A stretch of DNA of 63,147 bases, counting the filler, from Parasitella parasitica NRRL 2501 (Eukaryota > Fungi > Mucoromycota): assembly GCA_025201805.1 (NCBI GenBank). It is 5 parts of 5 records of this genome, joined end to end, with 100 filler letters (N's around TTAATTAATTAA, not from the genome) between each part and the next. Parts side by side here need not be neighbours in the genome. Positions count along the whole stretch, not along the records: positions 1 to 25,157 come from MU619265.1; 4 more parts are not named here. One strand, 5' to 3'. Shown in pieces: positions 1-11,535 of the stretch. A model generated the notes under the pieces. That model made no database searches. It saw only the letters and a program-made list of their open reading frames with translations, and was not told where the DNA came from. How positions within the stretch are numbered: position 1 is the first letter of the stretch; every line of letters begins with the position of its first letter. Made by a program: the position numbers and the translations under genes.

Positions 1-406
1 AGAAATCTTGCACTTGTAACCCAGATGTGCCCATGTGCAAACCTTGTCATGACAGACATATACAAGAAGTTTGGTCTCGCCAACAGCTCTTGAATAATTC
101 TACATTAACTTAAGTACATTTCTATAAATTTTTTTTTTATAAATTGTTATACACTATACAAATTATATATAATCGAAAAGTCGGCCCATTTGGGCTGATT
201 AAAATCGGGCAAAACAGCCTCCGGAAAATCAATCCCTGATAGCTCAATTTTCACTTTTTTCAAACAAAATCAATTAGATCGCTGACAAGAACACCCATTT
301 CAATATTAAAAAGAGTTTTTAACATGTTATCTTCAATTTCTGTGGAGAAATTTATTATGGAAGGGTCGGCCCAAATGGGCCGATCGGGGTAATCCCAACT
401 TGTTAA
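1..406 (+). mobile_element. 3' end of a putative piggyBac-type DNA transposon (Cys-rich transposase C-terminus, sub-terminal palindromes, TTAA target)
   Basis: Frame 3..113 reads KSCTCNPDVPMCKPCHDRHIQEVW...*, resembling the C-terminal Cys/His zinc domain of piggyBac transposases. Palindrome TCGGCCC-AAAT-GGGCCGA at 366-383 has a near-copy at 181-198. The element ends ...CCCAACTTG followed by TTAA (403-406). The other end lies outside the window. Confidence 0.6.
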
Positions 407-1488
407 TTAAAAAGAGGAAGATTGAAACCATAATTGCTCTCGAAAAAGTCGTTGAAACGAGCATTTGCTTCTAATTTGGCGATTTTTTCCAGGTCATCTT
501 TATCCAATTCAATGTGATCAATATCAAGGTTAGACTTCATGCGATCAATGTTGACTGTCTTGGGGATCACGACGATTTCGTGCTGAACAGCCCAAGCCAA
601 AAGTATTTGACCAGTATTACGTTGGTGTTTATCTGCAATGCTTACAATAACAGGATTTTTCATTAAATTTTCCAAATGCTCTGTTCCTGGAGGCACATGC
701 TCGAATACGGCATTGCCAAATGATGCATACGCAATAACCTGGATGCCTTGAGAACGAACCCAGTGGATTAAACGACTTTGCTGAAGATAAGGATGATGCT
801 CAATCTCAAGCACACTAGGACGAATACGAGCGTAGCTTAGAAGATCTAGAGTGGATTGTACGTTAAAGTTCGAGATACCAATGTTGCGAATGACACCTGA
901 ATCCACCAAGCTTTCTAATTCGCGCCATGTCTCTTGTAAAGATGCTTTGGCAAGCTTGAGCTCACCATTAGAGTTTAAGAAACCAAAAGGCTGGTTAGGA
1001 TCAACATACTCAATTGCCAACGGAACTACACATTATAAGTAAACATCAGCAACAAGCACGTAAATTTCGCCTTTTTTCGTTTACTTTACAGTGCACAAGA
1101 TAAAGATCAATGTAATCCAATCCGTAATTGTCAAAGGTTTTTTGAAAAATGGGCTTTACATGCTCTTTTTCATGGAAATTATTCCAAAGCTTTCCTACAA
1201 CTAAACAATAAAATCAGTTTCAAGATGCAATATTTATCATGTATCCATATACTCACTGAAAAGCTCCTCACGCTTCACAATTCCATCAGCAATAGCCCTT
1301 CTTACACCTTTACCTACTTCGGCTTCGTTACCGTAGGAAAGAGCACCATCAATCAGACGATTACCGACTTTGATGGCATCGTAAATAACTTGCTCAGTCT
1401 CGGTAGGAGGAATTCTTGCGGTGCCATAGCCGACGAGAGGGATTTTATCGCCAGAGCGTTGTAAAGTAATGTACTTGTGGTCAGACAT
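403..1488 (-). CDS. Aldo-keto reductase (xylose reductase / TSP1 4-dihydromethyltrisporate dehydrogenase-like family), 2 introns
   Basis: Motifs IDGALSYGNEAEVG (catalytic D...Y), GKLWNNFH, DLYLVH, NIGISNF, EHHPYL and IPKT; C-terminus RFND...YGFNLPLFN. Exons approx 1488-1257, 1200-1091, 1026-403. Confidence 0.92.
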
Positions 1489-1987
1489 TTTTTTTTATGA
1501 TATATTCTTATCAGTTGAAGAGATAGTTTTGAAGCCTTTTCAAGAATGATGAAGCAACTCGTCCTTTATATACATCATTTTTTGACCTCCTTTCTCTAAT
1601 AGGAAACTGCCAATACGCCAGACACTGTAAGTGATTGGGAGCTGCTCTGATTTATAAGCAAACATTATTAATTCACTGCAGAAGGGGAGACTCAGCCGCA
1701 AAATAGACAGTTTGGGGTCCTTAGCATGTTTCCAAGGAGCATAGAAGATCATTGCTTGCTTACAAATACAACGTACGGTTTGAGCACAGCTTTAGCCAGC
1801 TCTACTATAGATCATAAAAAACTTCGGCTTGCACCTCTTTTGAAAAAATAAAATAAAATAAAAATGAACTAGACTTTTGCGCAGGTTTTGCGCGTGCATC
1901 ATCAAACAAATTTTCCATCATAAACAAATACACTTTTAATTCATGAAATGCTATCAAGATGGTAGCAACCATCAATATCTATTCAAA

Positions 1988-3919
1988 TTACCGTCTTTTA
2001 TTGCCCTTTTTCCCTCCTTTAGATGCAGCTTGAGGGATTGCCAGCGCATGCCCTGTCTCATTAATATGACAAAATAATTGATTTCTAGTTTCGAATTGAG
2101 CTCCACAAACATTACATGCATTCTAAATGATCGGTAACGTGTCAAATCACAAGCATCGAAGCCTACTAAACGGCCAATTACCTCTATCGATGTCAAGTCT
2201 TCCTTGAGCTTCTTTTTCTCTTTACGCTTTTCACGCTTTGTCTTTGCGCTCTCTTTTTCTGCGACTACTGGTGCAGCAGGAGCTTCTATGTCTGTGTTGT
2301 CTATATCTACATGATTGGTTGGCTTGGGGATAGGTGAGCTAGCTCTGTTGTTTCCCTTCCTACGTCGTCTAGATTGTTCTCCTTCTAATGCTGCTGCCAT
2401 CACGGTCATTTCATCTAATTCTTCAGGCGCAGCTTCTTGATCAAATCCCCAATTTGGTGCCATTTTAGCCTTGTTTTTTTTCTTTTTCTTTTTGCTCCCA
2501 GTTGACACTTGTATCACTTCTTCTTCGTCCTGTTCTTGTATGTTTAATTCATCCAACTGCAGTAGTGTTTTTTCCTCCTCGTCAACTGGGATGCCTCCAT
2601 CTAGATGATCCATAGGTGCTGTATTTCCGAAATCAAAATTATCTTCGTCTTCTAGCATTTCCTGTCGTAGAATCTCGACATTATCGATATGTCGTTTGCT
2701 ATTTTCATGGCTACTGAACTGCTTTTCGCTTTTATAGCCTTTATCACACACTACACAATAAAACTCATTGACTTCTTCTTCTTGTTGGTTCTCATCGTCT
2801 AGTTCGCTGTCAACTAGATCATCCACTTTTGCCCATTCCGGTGTTTGATAATCGGCTACTTTGGCTTGTAACTCTTGCTTTTCCCTCTGCACACGAGCTT
2901 TCTGTTCAGCAACAACGGCCTCTTTTCTCTTTTGTTCTTCAACTATATATGCTTTTACCCGAGGATCTCTTTTTCGAACAAATTCCGCAAGGTTCTGCAG
3001 CAAAAAAAGAAATGTCACCATGATTGATATCTTATCAAGGCAATAGACGACTACTTACTCGTACAGTGTCATTGTATTCCTTTCTACCAGTATCTCTTGC
3101 TTTTTTATTCTCTTTTTCCATTTGCCTACGAACATAGCGGCTGGGTGCATCAGATAACTTCCATTTGTCCATCCAAATAAACGACTTTGCAGATGTGAAA
3201 TTTGACCATGCGCCGTAAAAGTCTCGAACATAGGCGCCGTAGCCTAAGTAGCCATCGTTGTCAGCAAAGGGTGTAGCAGCGTTACCAAAGAGTGGATATG
3301 GGGTAGCCGAGTGAATATCGTCATCATTCTCGGGTGGGTTGTTGCGGAACGCTTCCTCTTCCTCGTTGGCTAGTTTTTGGAACAAATTTCGATACACATT
3401 GTAGAACCCCTTGAGGTAAAAATCCATGCAAATGTCAGAAAGCCAAAACATCTAATCGAAAATAAATGCAGAACACTTACTTTTGGTACATCTTCATAAC
3501 CCTTGAATTCAGATACACTAAAGTAGCGCATTAAATCCTCGGCAGTGGTACCTGCGCTGCTGTCTTTTTGCTTATGATCAGTGCCTCGCAAAATGGAGTC
3601 TCGGTGTCCATCATACCTAAAACAACGCTTCAATTAGATTTGATGAAATGCCTCTTGGTGCTTCTAAATTACCAAGCTCGCTCTTGAGGATCCGACAATA
3701 CTTCGTATGCTTCTTGAATCAACGAAAATCTGTCAGTAGCTTCTTGGATTCGATCACCATTTTTATCTGTATCAAGCATCAATGCACAATGTTGGTTTCC
3801 ATGGTGATGAGATACATACCAGGATGCCAGATCAGGGCTTGTTTTCTATAGGCTTTTTTGATATCTAAGCTCGTTGCTTGGCGTTCAATATCGAGTAAAA
3901 CATAATAGCATATGCGCAT
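1988..3919 (-). CDS. JJJ1: J-domain co-chaperone JJJ1/DNAJC21 (J domain plus C2H2 zinc fingers)
   Basis: Starts [17 protein letters not shown]...[13 protein letters not shown] (HPD motif across an intron). Contains [18 protein letters not shown]...[16 protein letters not shown], finger [25 protein letters not shown], and last exon [24 protein letters not shown]...KRR* (stop 1988-1990). Confidence 0.9.
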
Positions 3920-4063
3920 CTTCTGATGATGAATAAAAGAAAAAAAGCATGCAAACAGCTTTCAACAGGACATCAAGACAAGCCTGCCGACAGTCACTTG
4001 GAGAGACCTTCATGTAATGAGCCTTCTGCCAAGAATAGTTACTTCTTCTTACAATATTTAATT

Positions 4064-6381
4064 ATGAAAATACCAACAATAGCTTGGCTAATAGCTAGTG
4101 TCTTACCAACAGCAACAATCGCACAAATATTCAAGTATGGCTCGAGGTTCCCAAAGAACAAGCTGTATAATCTGGAGCCGGGTAGTATCGGTCTAGAGAA
4201 CATTGACGGCACTGTTGCTGCATTTGGTGATTTCAATGGAGATAAATTGTAAGTGAACATAGCGGATACCAGATGCAACAAGACTTAATATTGATTGTAT
4301 GCAGCACGGATTTGTTTGTCTTGAGTTCTGACCAAACTTCTGTCTCAGTATATCTGTGGGATCATGGTATGTCTTTTTTCTTCTAAGGAGGATAACGAAA
4401 TTCCTCGGCCTCATCTTTGCATTTATACAGTAGGATTCACGTTTAAAGGGTTATCCAAATCAAAGACAATACAGCCTGGATTTATTATTACAAACGTCGT
4501 ACCTGGAGACTATAACTACGATGGAAAACTGGACGTTTTGTTAATGGGAGAACAAAATCCTGATAGAAACCCAACCAGCGAAATCAAAATGCAAATATAC
4601 CTTGGCAATGGCAACGATACATTTGGTACGTATACACACATATATATTTGTGCATATATGGCCAACATGAAAATACAGAATCAGAGACTGTCAAGTTGCC
4701 ATCAGCATATCAAGCATTACCTATCGTTTTGGATGTCAATGGTGACATGAAAACCGATATTTTAGGCTATTCATTAGAAACTAGGGAACTAGGGTTATGG
4801 ATGAACCAAGCGCTTAGTGAATCAAACGACACCAGTTTAATGTTCAATTTGTAAGTATAGTTTGTTTATCGAAGAGAGAAATGAACGCTAATCTGCATGT
4901 TATGTACAGAACATCTGCATCGCCCACTTTTGAAAAATCATTAACGGATCGCTGTACCTGGGCAAATCCACATTCTAATGCATTTGTTGATTTAGACGGT
5001 GATTGCTTAGCTGACATTGTGTTTGTCTGCTCCAAATCGAGTGGATCAAAGTCGATACAGATATGGGCTAATCGCAGAGACCAAGGATTTTCACTATCAC
5101 AAGAAGCAGATTTGCCCATTGGAGCAGGTCCTCTTAGCTTTGCAGACATCGATGGCGATGGGTCGATTGACATTGTGTTTCCCGTGTGCCAGAATAACAT
5201 CTGCAGTATACACGTAGTTTATAACCAACAAATGGGACTTTGCAGCAAATCACAAGAATCATCAGCAACATGTCGAAGTGCACAGCATCTGTGTGTGTCA
5301 GACCCCGCTTTTACACTTGATTTTAGCAGGCCAAACACACAAAACTATATTGTATTTGATATTGACGCTCATTTGAATGATAATGAGTATGTATTGACTG
5401 ATGATGCCAGCTTTAGAGGGCATTTACCTGTGCCAGTGCATACAGGCGATTACAATCTGGATGGATACCCTGATTTATTGATAACTACCAATCAGCGAGT
5501 CTTGCTGCTGGAGTCAATTCTATGCGATTCTTCTCTGTGCGCAAGTAGCGCTGAATCAGCAAGTAGAAGGACATTTGCCGTTGTCACCACAGGTGCTGAT
5601 GTCCTAAGCAAAATTTCTAATCCAACTCAAGCAGCGTTTTTTGATATTGATGAAGATGTAAGCTGTTTGGCTGACGAAACAGATTAGATACTGACGATAT
5701 TTTCAAAAATCAGGGCTCTCTTGATATTTTGGTACTGCAAAACTCTCAAAAGAATTCAGACGCCAAGAGAACACCAAATTTCATTATCAATAACTTTTTC
5801 AACGATGCGTTTTTTCTGAAAGGATTAGGTAGGATTCAGGATTCCTTTACTGCTATAAAATGATGGACATATACTCATGCTTAGCAATAGTTTCCAATGG
5901 CGTTGTTGACTTGGAAGCCTATGGCGTTAGCTATCCAGGCGCCTCGTTGAAATTCACTGTATTGGATACTGCAGGTGTCAAGCGATCCCATCAAACATCT
6001 CAATTAGCGCAATCTGGCTATCTATCATTGCAAACGCCTTATTGTTTATTCGGGCTTGGAAGAACAAACAATTATGTTGAGGAACTGTTTGCTGGTGTTT
6101 CTCGACATCAAGAAAAAAACTACTTTTTCTATGAGGGTGTTATCCCCAATTCACAGCTGGTATTTTTGCCTTATCAGCCTGAAAACATAGAGGACAGCTC
6201 TTCATGGAAAGTAGAGCTGTACATCAAGCCTGCTGATTATGTGCCTTGGGTCTTGGTTGTGTTATTAGGAGCTTCCATCCTATTAGCCATTGTGGTCGTA
6301 GTGCTTCGTACAATGGAAAAGAAGGAGGACGAAATGGAAAGAAGAAAGGCTCTTCACATTATTAATTTTGATGCTTTATAA
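4064..6381 (+). CDS. ITFG1: ITFG1/LINKIN (T-cell immunomodulatory protein homologue): FG-GAP repeat single-pass membrane protein
   Basis: Signal peptide MKIPTIAWLIASVL. Repeats AAFGDFNGDK, PGDYNYDGKLD, DLDGDCLAD, DIDGDGSID, GDYNLDGYPD. Conserved FGLGRTNNYVE and IPNSQL. C-terminal TM helix and tail HIINFDAL. Head-to-head with JJJ1, ~145 bp between ATGs. Confidence 0.88.
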
Positions 6382-6414
6382 AATAAAATGTACATAATCT
6401 AGTCTAATCACTCT

Positions 6415-7775
6415 TTAAGTAAATACGGAGGCATCCTCAAACAAGACTCTAGGTCGAAGAGGCCACTCATCAAATTTAGTAGCGACTTCGTCCAATTGCA
6501 CTGCCGTCATTTTTCCGATGAGAACCTGAGGGTCAAAGGAAAGTCTTCCAAGGATGATATCAGCACCAGGCCCTAAAGTCCTTGTATGACTTAGTTTTCA
6601 TCACTATGTCTTGTTTAGATAGTACTTACTTGACCATGTGAGAGAGCGGTTTTTTCTGCATGACAAATAAATGCTTCAACACGTACTCAAAAACATCCCA
6701 TTGAGCTGACAAGTATTGATTAGCAAAAATCATTGTCGCAAGCAAATGCATATACTTACATTTGATCCGGCTTTCAGCAAATGGAACTATATGGACTAGA
6801 TGGTATTCGCCCTATTCTAAGCATTAATTTCATCATGATACGTGTGTCAACGTCAATACTCTACACGAGGATAAGTGTCCTTGGGTCCCGTCGAACAAAT
6901 AGGTTTCACATCAGCGCATGCTTCAGCAATGATACTCATTTTACAGCGGGCGAGGGTGTCTGGTGGCGCCGTAATTTTCTATCATTCACAGAAACATTTA
7001 ATCACAAATCAGCAATACGACAAATCCTTTTTCTTACGTAAAACAAATTGTCAGGCACCCATAAAGCCATTTGAATACGGCCCATTGTAAATAGAGCCAT
7101 CCTATTCGCTATACATGTCATGAATTGAGCTAGAAGCTGCTCTCCCCGACTGCCCTTGGGCAAAGTACCGGTGAAAAATATATCAGGATGCACTTGGGTC
7201 CAATCTTTATTCTCTAACCCTCCCAAATATTGTGGCTCCTTTAAATTTATGTAGGTTTCCCAATCGTATCCATCCTTTTTTAGCACTTCCACTATGCCTG
7301 CCGATTGTTCGCTCAACCCCTGACATTACGTCAATACGAGAAAAATAAAAATATACGTTATTTCATGCTTACTGTCATCCAGTTGTTGTATGCAGGCACC
7401 GGCTCCAACGCAATCACCCGTTTAAACCCATTATCCTTCAACGTTGTGGTCCAGATACCAAGACCTAGCGACATTACCGCCGTCAGAAATACTCGCTGCT
7501 TTACCATACATCAGCATTAGCCTACCTGGATTTATCTCCACGGCTGTCATTTTACTTGCGTTTTCAAGATTTAGCCGCTGAAAGCCGAGAGCTATTATGC
7601 TCTGATGCTTAATTGATAATGATTGAGAAAATAAGACAAAGATTGACTTACCAGCAATGGATGGGTTTGTCAGAGTCGCTCTCGGCACAGTTGTTTGTCT
7701 CTGTCTAAAGTTCTTGGACCATTCAGCCAGTGTAGGAAGTTTGGTGGAAAAGGACTTGAATTTGGGTTTGCTCAT
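6415..7775 (-). CDS. MTF1: Mitochondrial transcription factor Mtf1/TFB-like (rRNA adenine dimethylase fold), multi-exon
   Basis: Basic presequence-like N-terminus. Motifs VEINPG, VIALEP, DGYDWETY, FTGTLP, GEQLLAQF, GRIQMALW. Last exon FDEWPLRPRVLFEDASVFT* (stop 6415-6417). Confidence 0.75.
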
Positions 7776-9790
7776 GAGATTTTCTAAATACTAGAGAAGC
7801 AGAGAAAAGAACGACTCTTGACAGCTTGGTTCCGCTTGTAAAATACCAGTGCCCATCGTTAATCGTGCTGTACCAGTCACGAAGACAAGTCTCATGGATG
7901 GCCAAATGCCCATCAATCCGGCACCGCAAATGCCTATGAGCGACTACTTGAAATGTACTCAAACGACAACTAGGCATTTTTGCCGCATAGTAGAAGAAAG
8001 CAACTTGAGTTGGAGTATATTTCTAAATTGAGCATAATCTGTTATATCCACGATGATAGCAACACAAGAGCCAAGTGCAGTTTTTTCATAAAGATGCTAT
8101 ATTTTCTCCCGGTGTTCGAGTTGCCGTAGCCAAAATTTGTTACATATTGTCTCTTCAAGGCGAGACAGTATAAAGCTTAACAGATAATCTGGTTGATTTA
8201 GGGCTTTCCAAACACACATCAAGCATGCGTCATAACGCTATTTCATATCTACAATGGCCATAAAAACGTGAATGTGTCTGATGGACACGCCAACACGATC
8301 GTGTATATCATCAAGCTGCAAGTATGCTTTTATTGACTATTATTGAACATTTTATCGTACCCAAGTCAAGCAAATCCAGAATATTTCTTCCTCATTTGTT
8401 GTCCACGCCTTAAGCCTGCTTTTTCGTTTGTGTAGTACAAATCATTTTCAAAATCATGCAACTTGCCCCATCGTTCTGTATCGTTTCGTACCTCTCTTAT
8501 GCATCCGTGAAACTTACCAATCAATCGCCTCGACTTTTCATGTGTTCAAACAAAGGAACATCCTGTTGCTCATGATATTACAGCAGGAGCAGACACAACA
8601 GCAGCATGTACAAATGATTCCCCTCCCCCTTGCGAGTGCATCGTGCACCGATAGAGTACATTTGTATCGATTATCGACTAGGTAGATTCTGCAGAGTTGC
8701 GATTCAGTACCGAGATTAATGTTTACACTTACATTGTTGTTGGTAACCACACGATGTGCACTAACCAAACTCTTTTGCCGAGAGACGAAAAGTGCACAAA
8801 ACGGCACACACTTTATAGACTCTCGACTTTTACGCGCTAGTTCCTATTTCCAAATGCATGTACATATGATATTAAAACTTGTCTTGCTAAAGCTTCAAAT
8901 GCGCGTATAAATCACGAAACACCATTTCGCTTTTATATATACATAGGTGCTTCCTTTGTTTGTGTAGTTACAGGTATACATGCAACTTACTTTGTGTGCG
9001 ACTACTGTGTACTAACATATGCATAACTCGCTGGCTGTGCTCTCACATTTATGAGAAAAGCAGCGGTAAATATTTGTGTTTATAACTGAATATTAGAACG
9101 TTTGACTCTAATTTACGCGTCTGTTTATTATGGTCTCTAATTCACGGGTAACTAATTACTTGTGTTTATAATTATGGATAGGCCTTGTACCAGAGAAATT
9201 AGTCGTGCAATGCAGCTGCTAATGCTTGATTGGCTATTTGAGCAGGCTATACAGCTTGATCAACAAGTTAAAGTATGCCAAGATTTGCATATGCGATACA
9301 CCATCAGACTATTAATAAATTTGACTTTTTATTTACTGTTTCAGCGTCTGTTTTGCTTAATAGTAAGGATAGTACGAGCGAAAATTACCTTTCTAGTGAG
9401 CTATGGCGACAACGATCAAATGTATATAAGAATAAAAGCGGCACACTAAAATTAGGGTTGCAGGTACGGGAATCGACCCGAGCATGTTACATTCTGAATA
9501 ATCTTGTAATATACCAAGGGCGTTTTGATGTAATACGAAAAAGAAATATCGTAACGTGTTAAGTATATGATAAAGCGAAAAATATAAAGCAAATCAATGC
9601 AGTTAAGCTTTTGATACAATAAACAAACGGTTTTTTGTTGTTTTATTGATGGGGTCCTAAAGTTGCTGTCTGTTACATGCATTTGTATATTATGCATGTA
9701 GACCAAGACCTTCTCGATGAACGGCGCTAAAGCTGATTATGGTAATCATCGGGATCGAAAGCTTACTCTCCCCTTTGACAAGGAAAAAAG

Positions 9791-9797
9791 TATATAA
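9791..9797 (+). promoter_or_regulatory. TATA box of the C2-CBM gene
   Basis: TATATAA ~65 bp upstream of the likely ATG at 9856. This favours 9856 over 9739 as the start. Confidence 0.5.
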
Positions 9798-9855
9798 GCT
9801 TTGCAAAAAACCCTTTTCCATGGCTGTTCATACACAAAGTAAACTTTTGCTAATC

Positions 9856-10926
9856 ATGCTCAGCCAAAATTCATCTCAATATTCATCCCAATCTTCCTTC
9901 AATAAAACAACCACCACTACTCATTATGTTATGGTGAATGGCAAATTGGTAGAACAAAGCTCTGATACCCGAAATGAATCCAGTAATAGCCATACCGGTG
10001 GTGCCACGAAGCTTACTGTCAACGCTGTTTCTGCTCGTGACTTACGCTCTGTTGAACATTTTGGCAAGCAAGACCCATATCTCCAGTTTTCTTTGGACTT
10101 CACAAACAAGGATTCCTTCTTGAAGACTTTCACTCATAAGGATGGTGGCAAGGAAGCCACCTGGAACCAATCCTTCACCATTGAGTTGAATGGTGAGGAA
10201 TATCTCTATGTTGAAGTTCTTGACGAAGAAAATACTGCTGATGAAGTCATCGGTTTTGCTGCTATCCCCATTGCCTCAATTGTCCACGCTCCTGGCGCAA
10301 ACATGAATGGTCTTTTCACTATCTATGATACCAAGCAAAACAACGCTGGTGTCATCCACTTGCAATTGAGCACCACTGGTTTCCCCACCTCCGAGGCTGC
10401 CAACTTTAATACTCAACCCATTCAGGGCAGGAGCGAATTCATCGAAGGTCATTGTGCTCGCATAAAGTCCAATGACAAGAAGTCTACTGGTCTTGCCATT
10501 GGTGGTGGCCTTTTGGGTGTTGGGCTTGCTGCTGGAGCTGCTTACATGGGTAAGAAAGCCTACGATAACCATCAGCAACAAGAACAAGAAGAAGAAGAGA
10601 AGCGCAATCAAGAGCGCCAAGAATTTGAACAAGAAAAGGCACGCTTTGAACAAGAAAAAAGCGACTATAGCAGCAGCCATGAAAAGAGAAACGATGAAGA
10701 CTGCCACAAGAAAAAGGATTGTGATAAGGAGAAAGACTGCCGCAAGAAAAAGGAGTGCGATGACGACTCTGACGACGATGATGCCAAAAAATGGAATCCA
10801 GTTGGTACATACGCTGCTGGTGACAGAGTCAAGTATCATGGCCAAATCTATATGTGTCTTCAGGGCCATACTTCCAACCCTACATGGAAACCTACTGATG
10901 CTCATTCTCTCTGGGAGAGCGAGTAA
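9856..10926 (+). CDS. Intronless C2-domain protein with Gly-rich hydrophobic helix, charged coiled coil and C-terminal chitin-binding CBM5/12 (ChtBD3-type) module
   Basis: C2: LTVNAVSARDL...GKQDPYL...DGGKEATWNQSF...YVEVLDEENTADEVIGFAAIPI. Hydrophobic segment GLAIGGGLLGVGLAAGAAYM. C-terminus WNPVGTYAAGDRVKYHGQIYMCLQGHTSNPTWKPTDAHSLW. Confidence 0.85.
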   Translation: MLSQNSSQYSSQSSFNKTTTTTHYVMVNGKLVEQSSDTRNESSNSHTGGATKLTVNAVSARDLRSVEHFGKQDPYLQFSLDFTNKDSFLKTFTHKDGGKEATWNQSFTIELNGEEYLYVEVLDEENTADEVIGFAAIPIASIVHAPGANMNGLFTIYDTKQNNAGVIHLQLSTTGFPTSEAANFNTQPIQGRSEFIEGHCARIKSNDKKSTGLAIGGGLLGVGLAAGAAYMGKKAYDNHQQQEQEEEEKRNQERQEFEQEKARFEQEKSDYSSSHEKRNDEDCHKKKDCDKEKDCRKKKECDDDSDDDDAKKWNPVGTYAAGDRVKYHGQIYMCLQGHTSNPTWKPTDAHSLWESE

Positions 10927-11535
10927 AGCTTGTGCAATATCATATAGTTCTGTATAAAAAAAAAAATAGGACGTGTATTAACATGTAAAAAAAACAACCC
11001 TTCAATCACATTATCTTTTCCTCTTGTATACCATCCTCAAAAAAAATATGTAATTTGTGATTATCAATAAAAAAAGATCCTGCTTTTTGTTCAAAACTTT
11101 GCTATTAATCGATTTCAAGAATGCTGTAAGTCTGCATTGTATATATTGCGGCTTATTCTCAATCCACATTTATATTTGCAAGTGTTGCCAGAGACGTACA
11201 TCTTTGTCTAATTATGTTAAATCACCGCATTTCTTTCCCCATAGCTTGCACATCGAGTAAGGTAATTGAGTTGCATAGCTTTATTAAAACCTTTTTTCGT
11301 ATATTTACATGATTATTTATGGAAAAGGATGAATCTGTCTAAAGGGTGTGATGCGCTTCCGAATTTTTTTGAAAAGAATTGTTGCCAAGTTTCTAGAGTG
11401 TAAAAGGCTGCAATTTATACCAAGTGAATTTATCTGACTCATGCCTCCAAATTAATCCATATCCATGTCAACATCTTCCTTCTAATATAAAATTGATTAG
11501 TAAAACTAGCACAGTTTTTATAGCTTATTTTCGAT

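Noticed and set aside
8538-8807. Cys-rich ORF (CTCCCCVCSCC) as a metallothionein or small peptide
   Set aside because: Non-ATG start, and the Cys run derives from a TGC/TGT-rich low-complexity patch; no supporting gene structure.
10276-10957. Long antisense and alternate-frame ORFs over the C2-CBM gene
   Set aside because: Explained by codon bias and GAA/AAG-rich low complexity.
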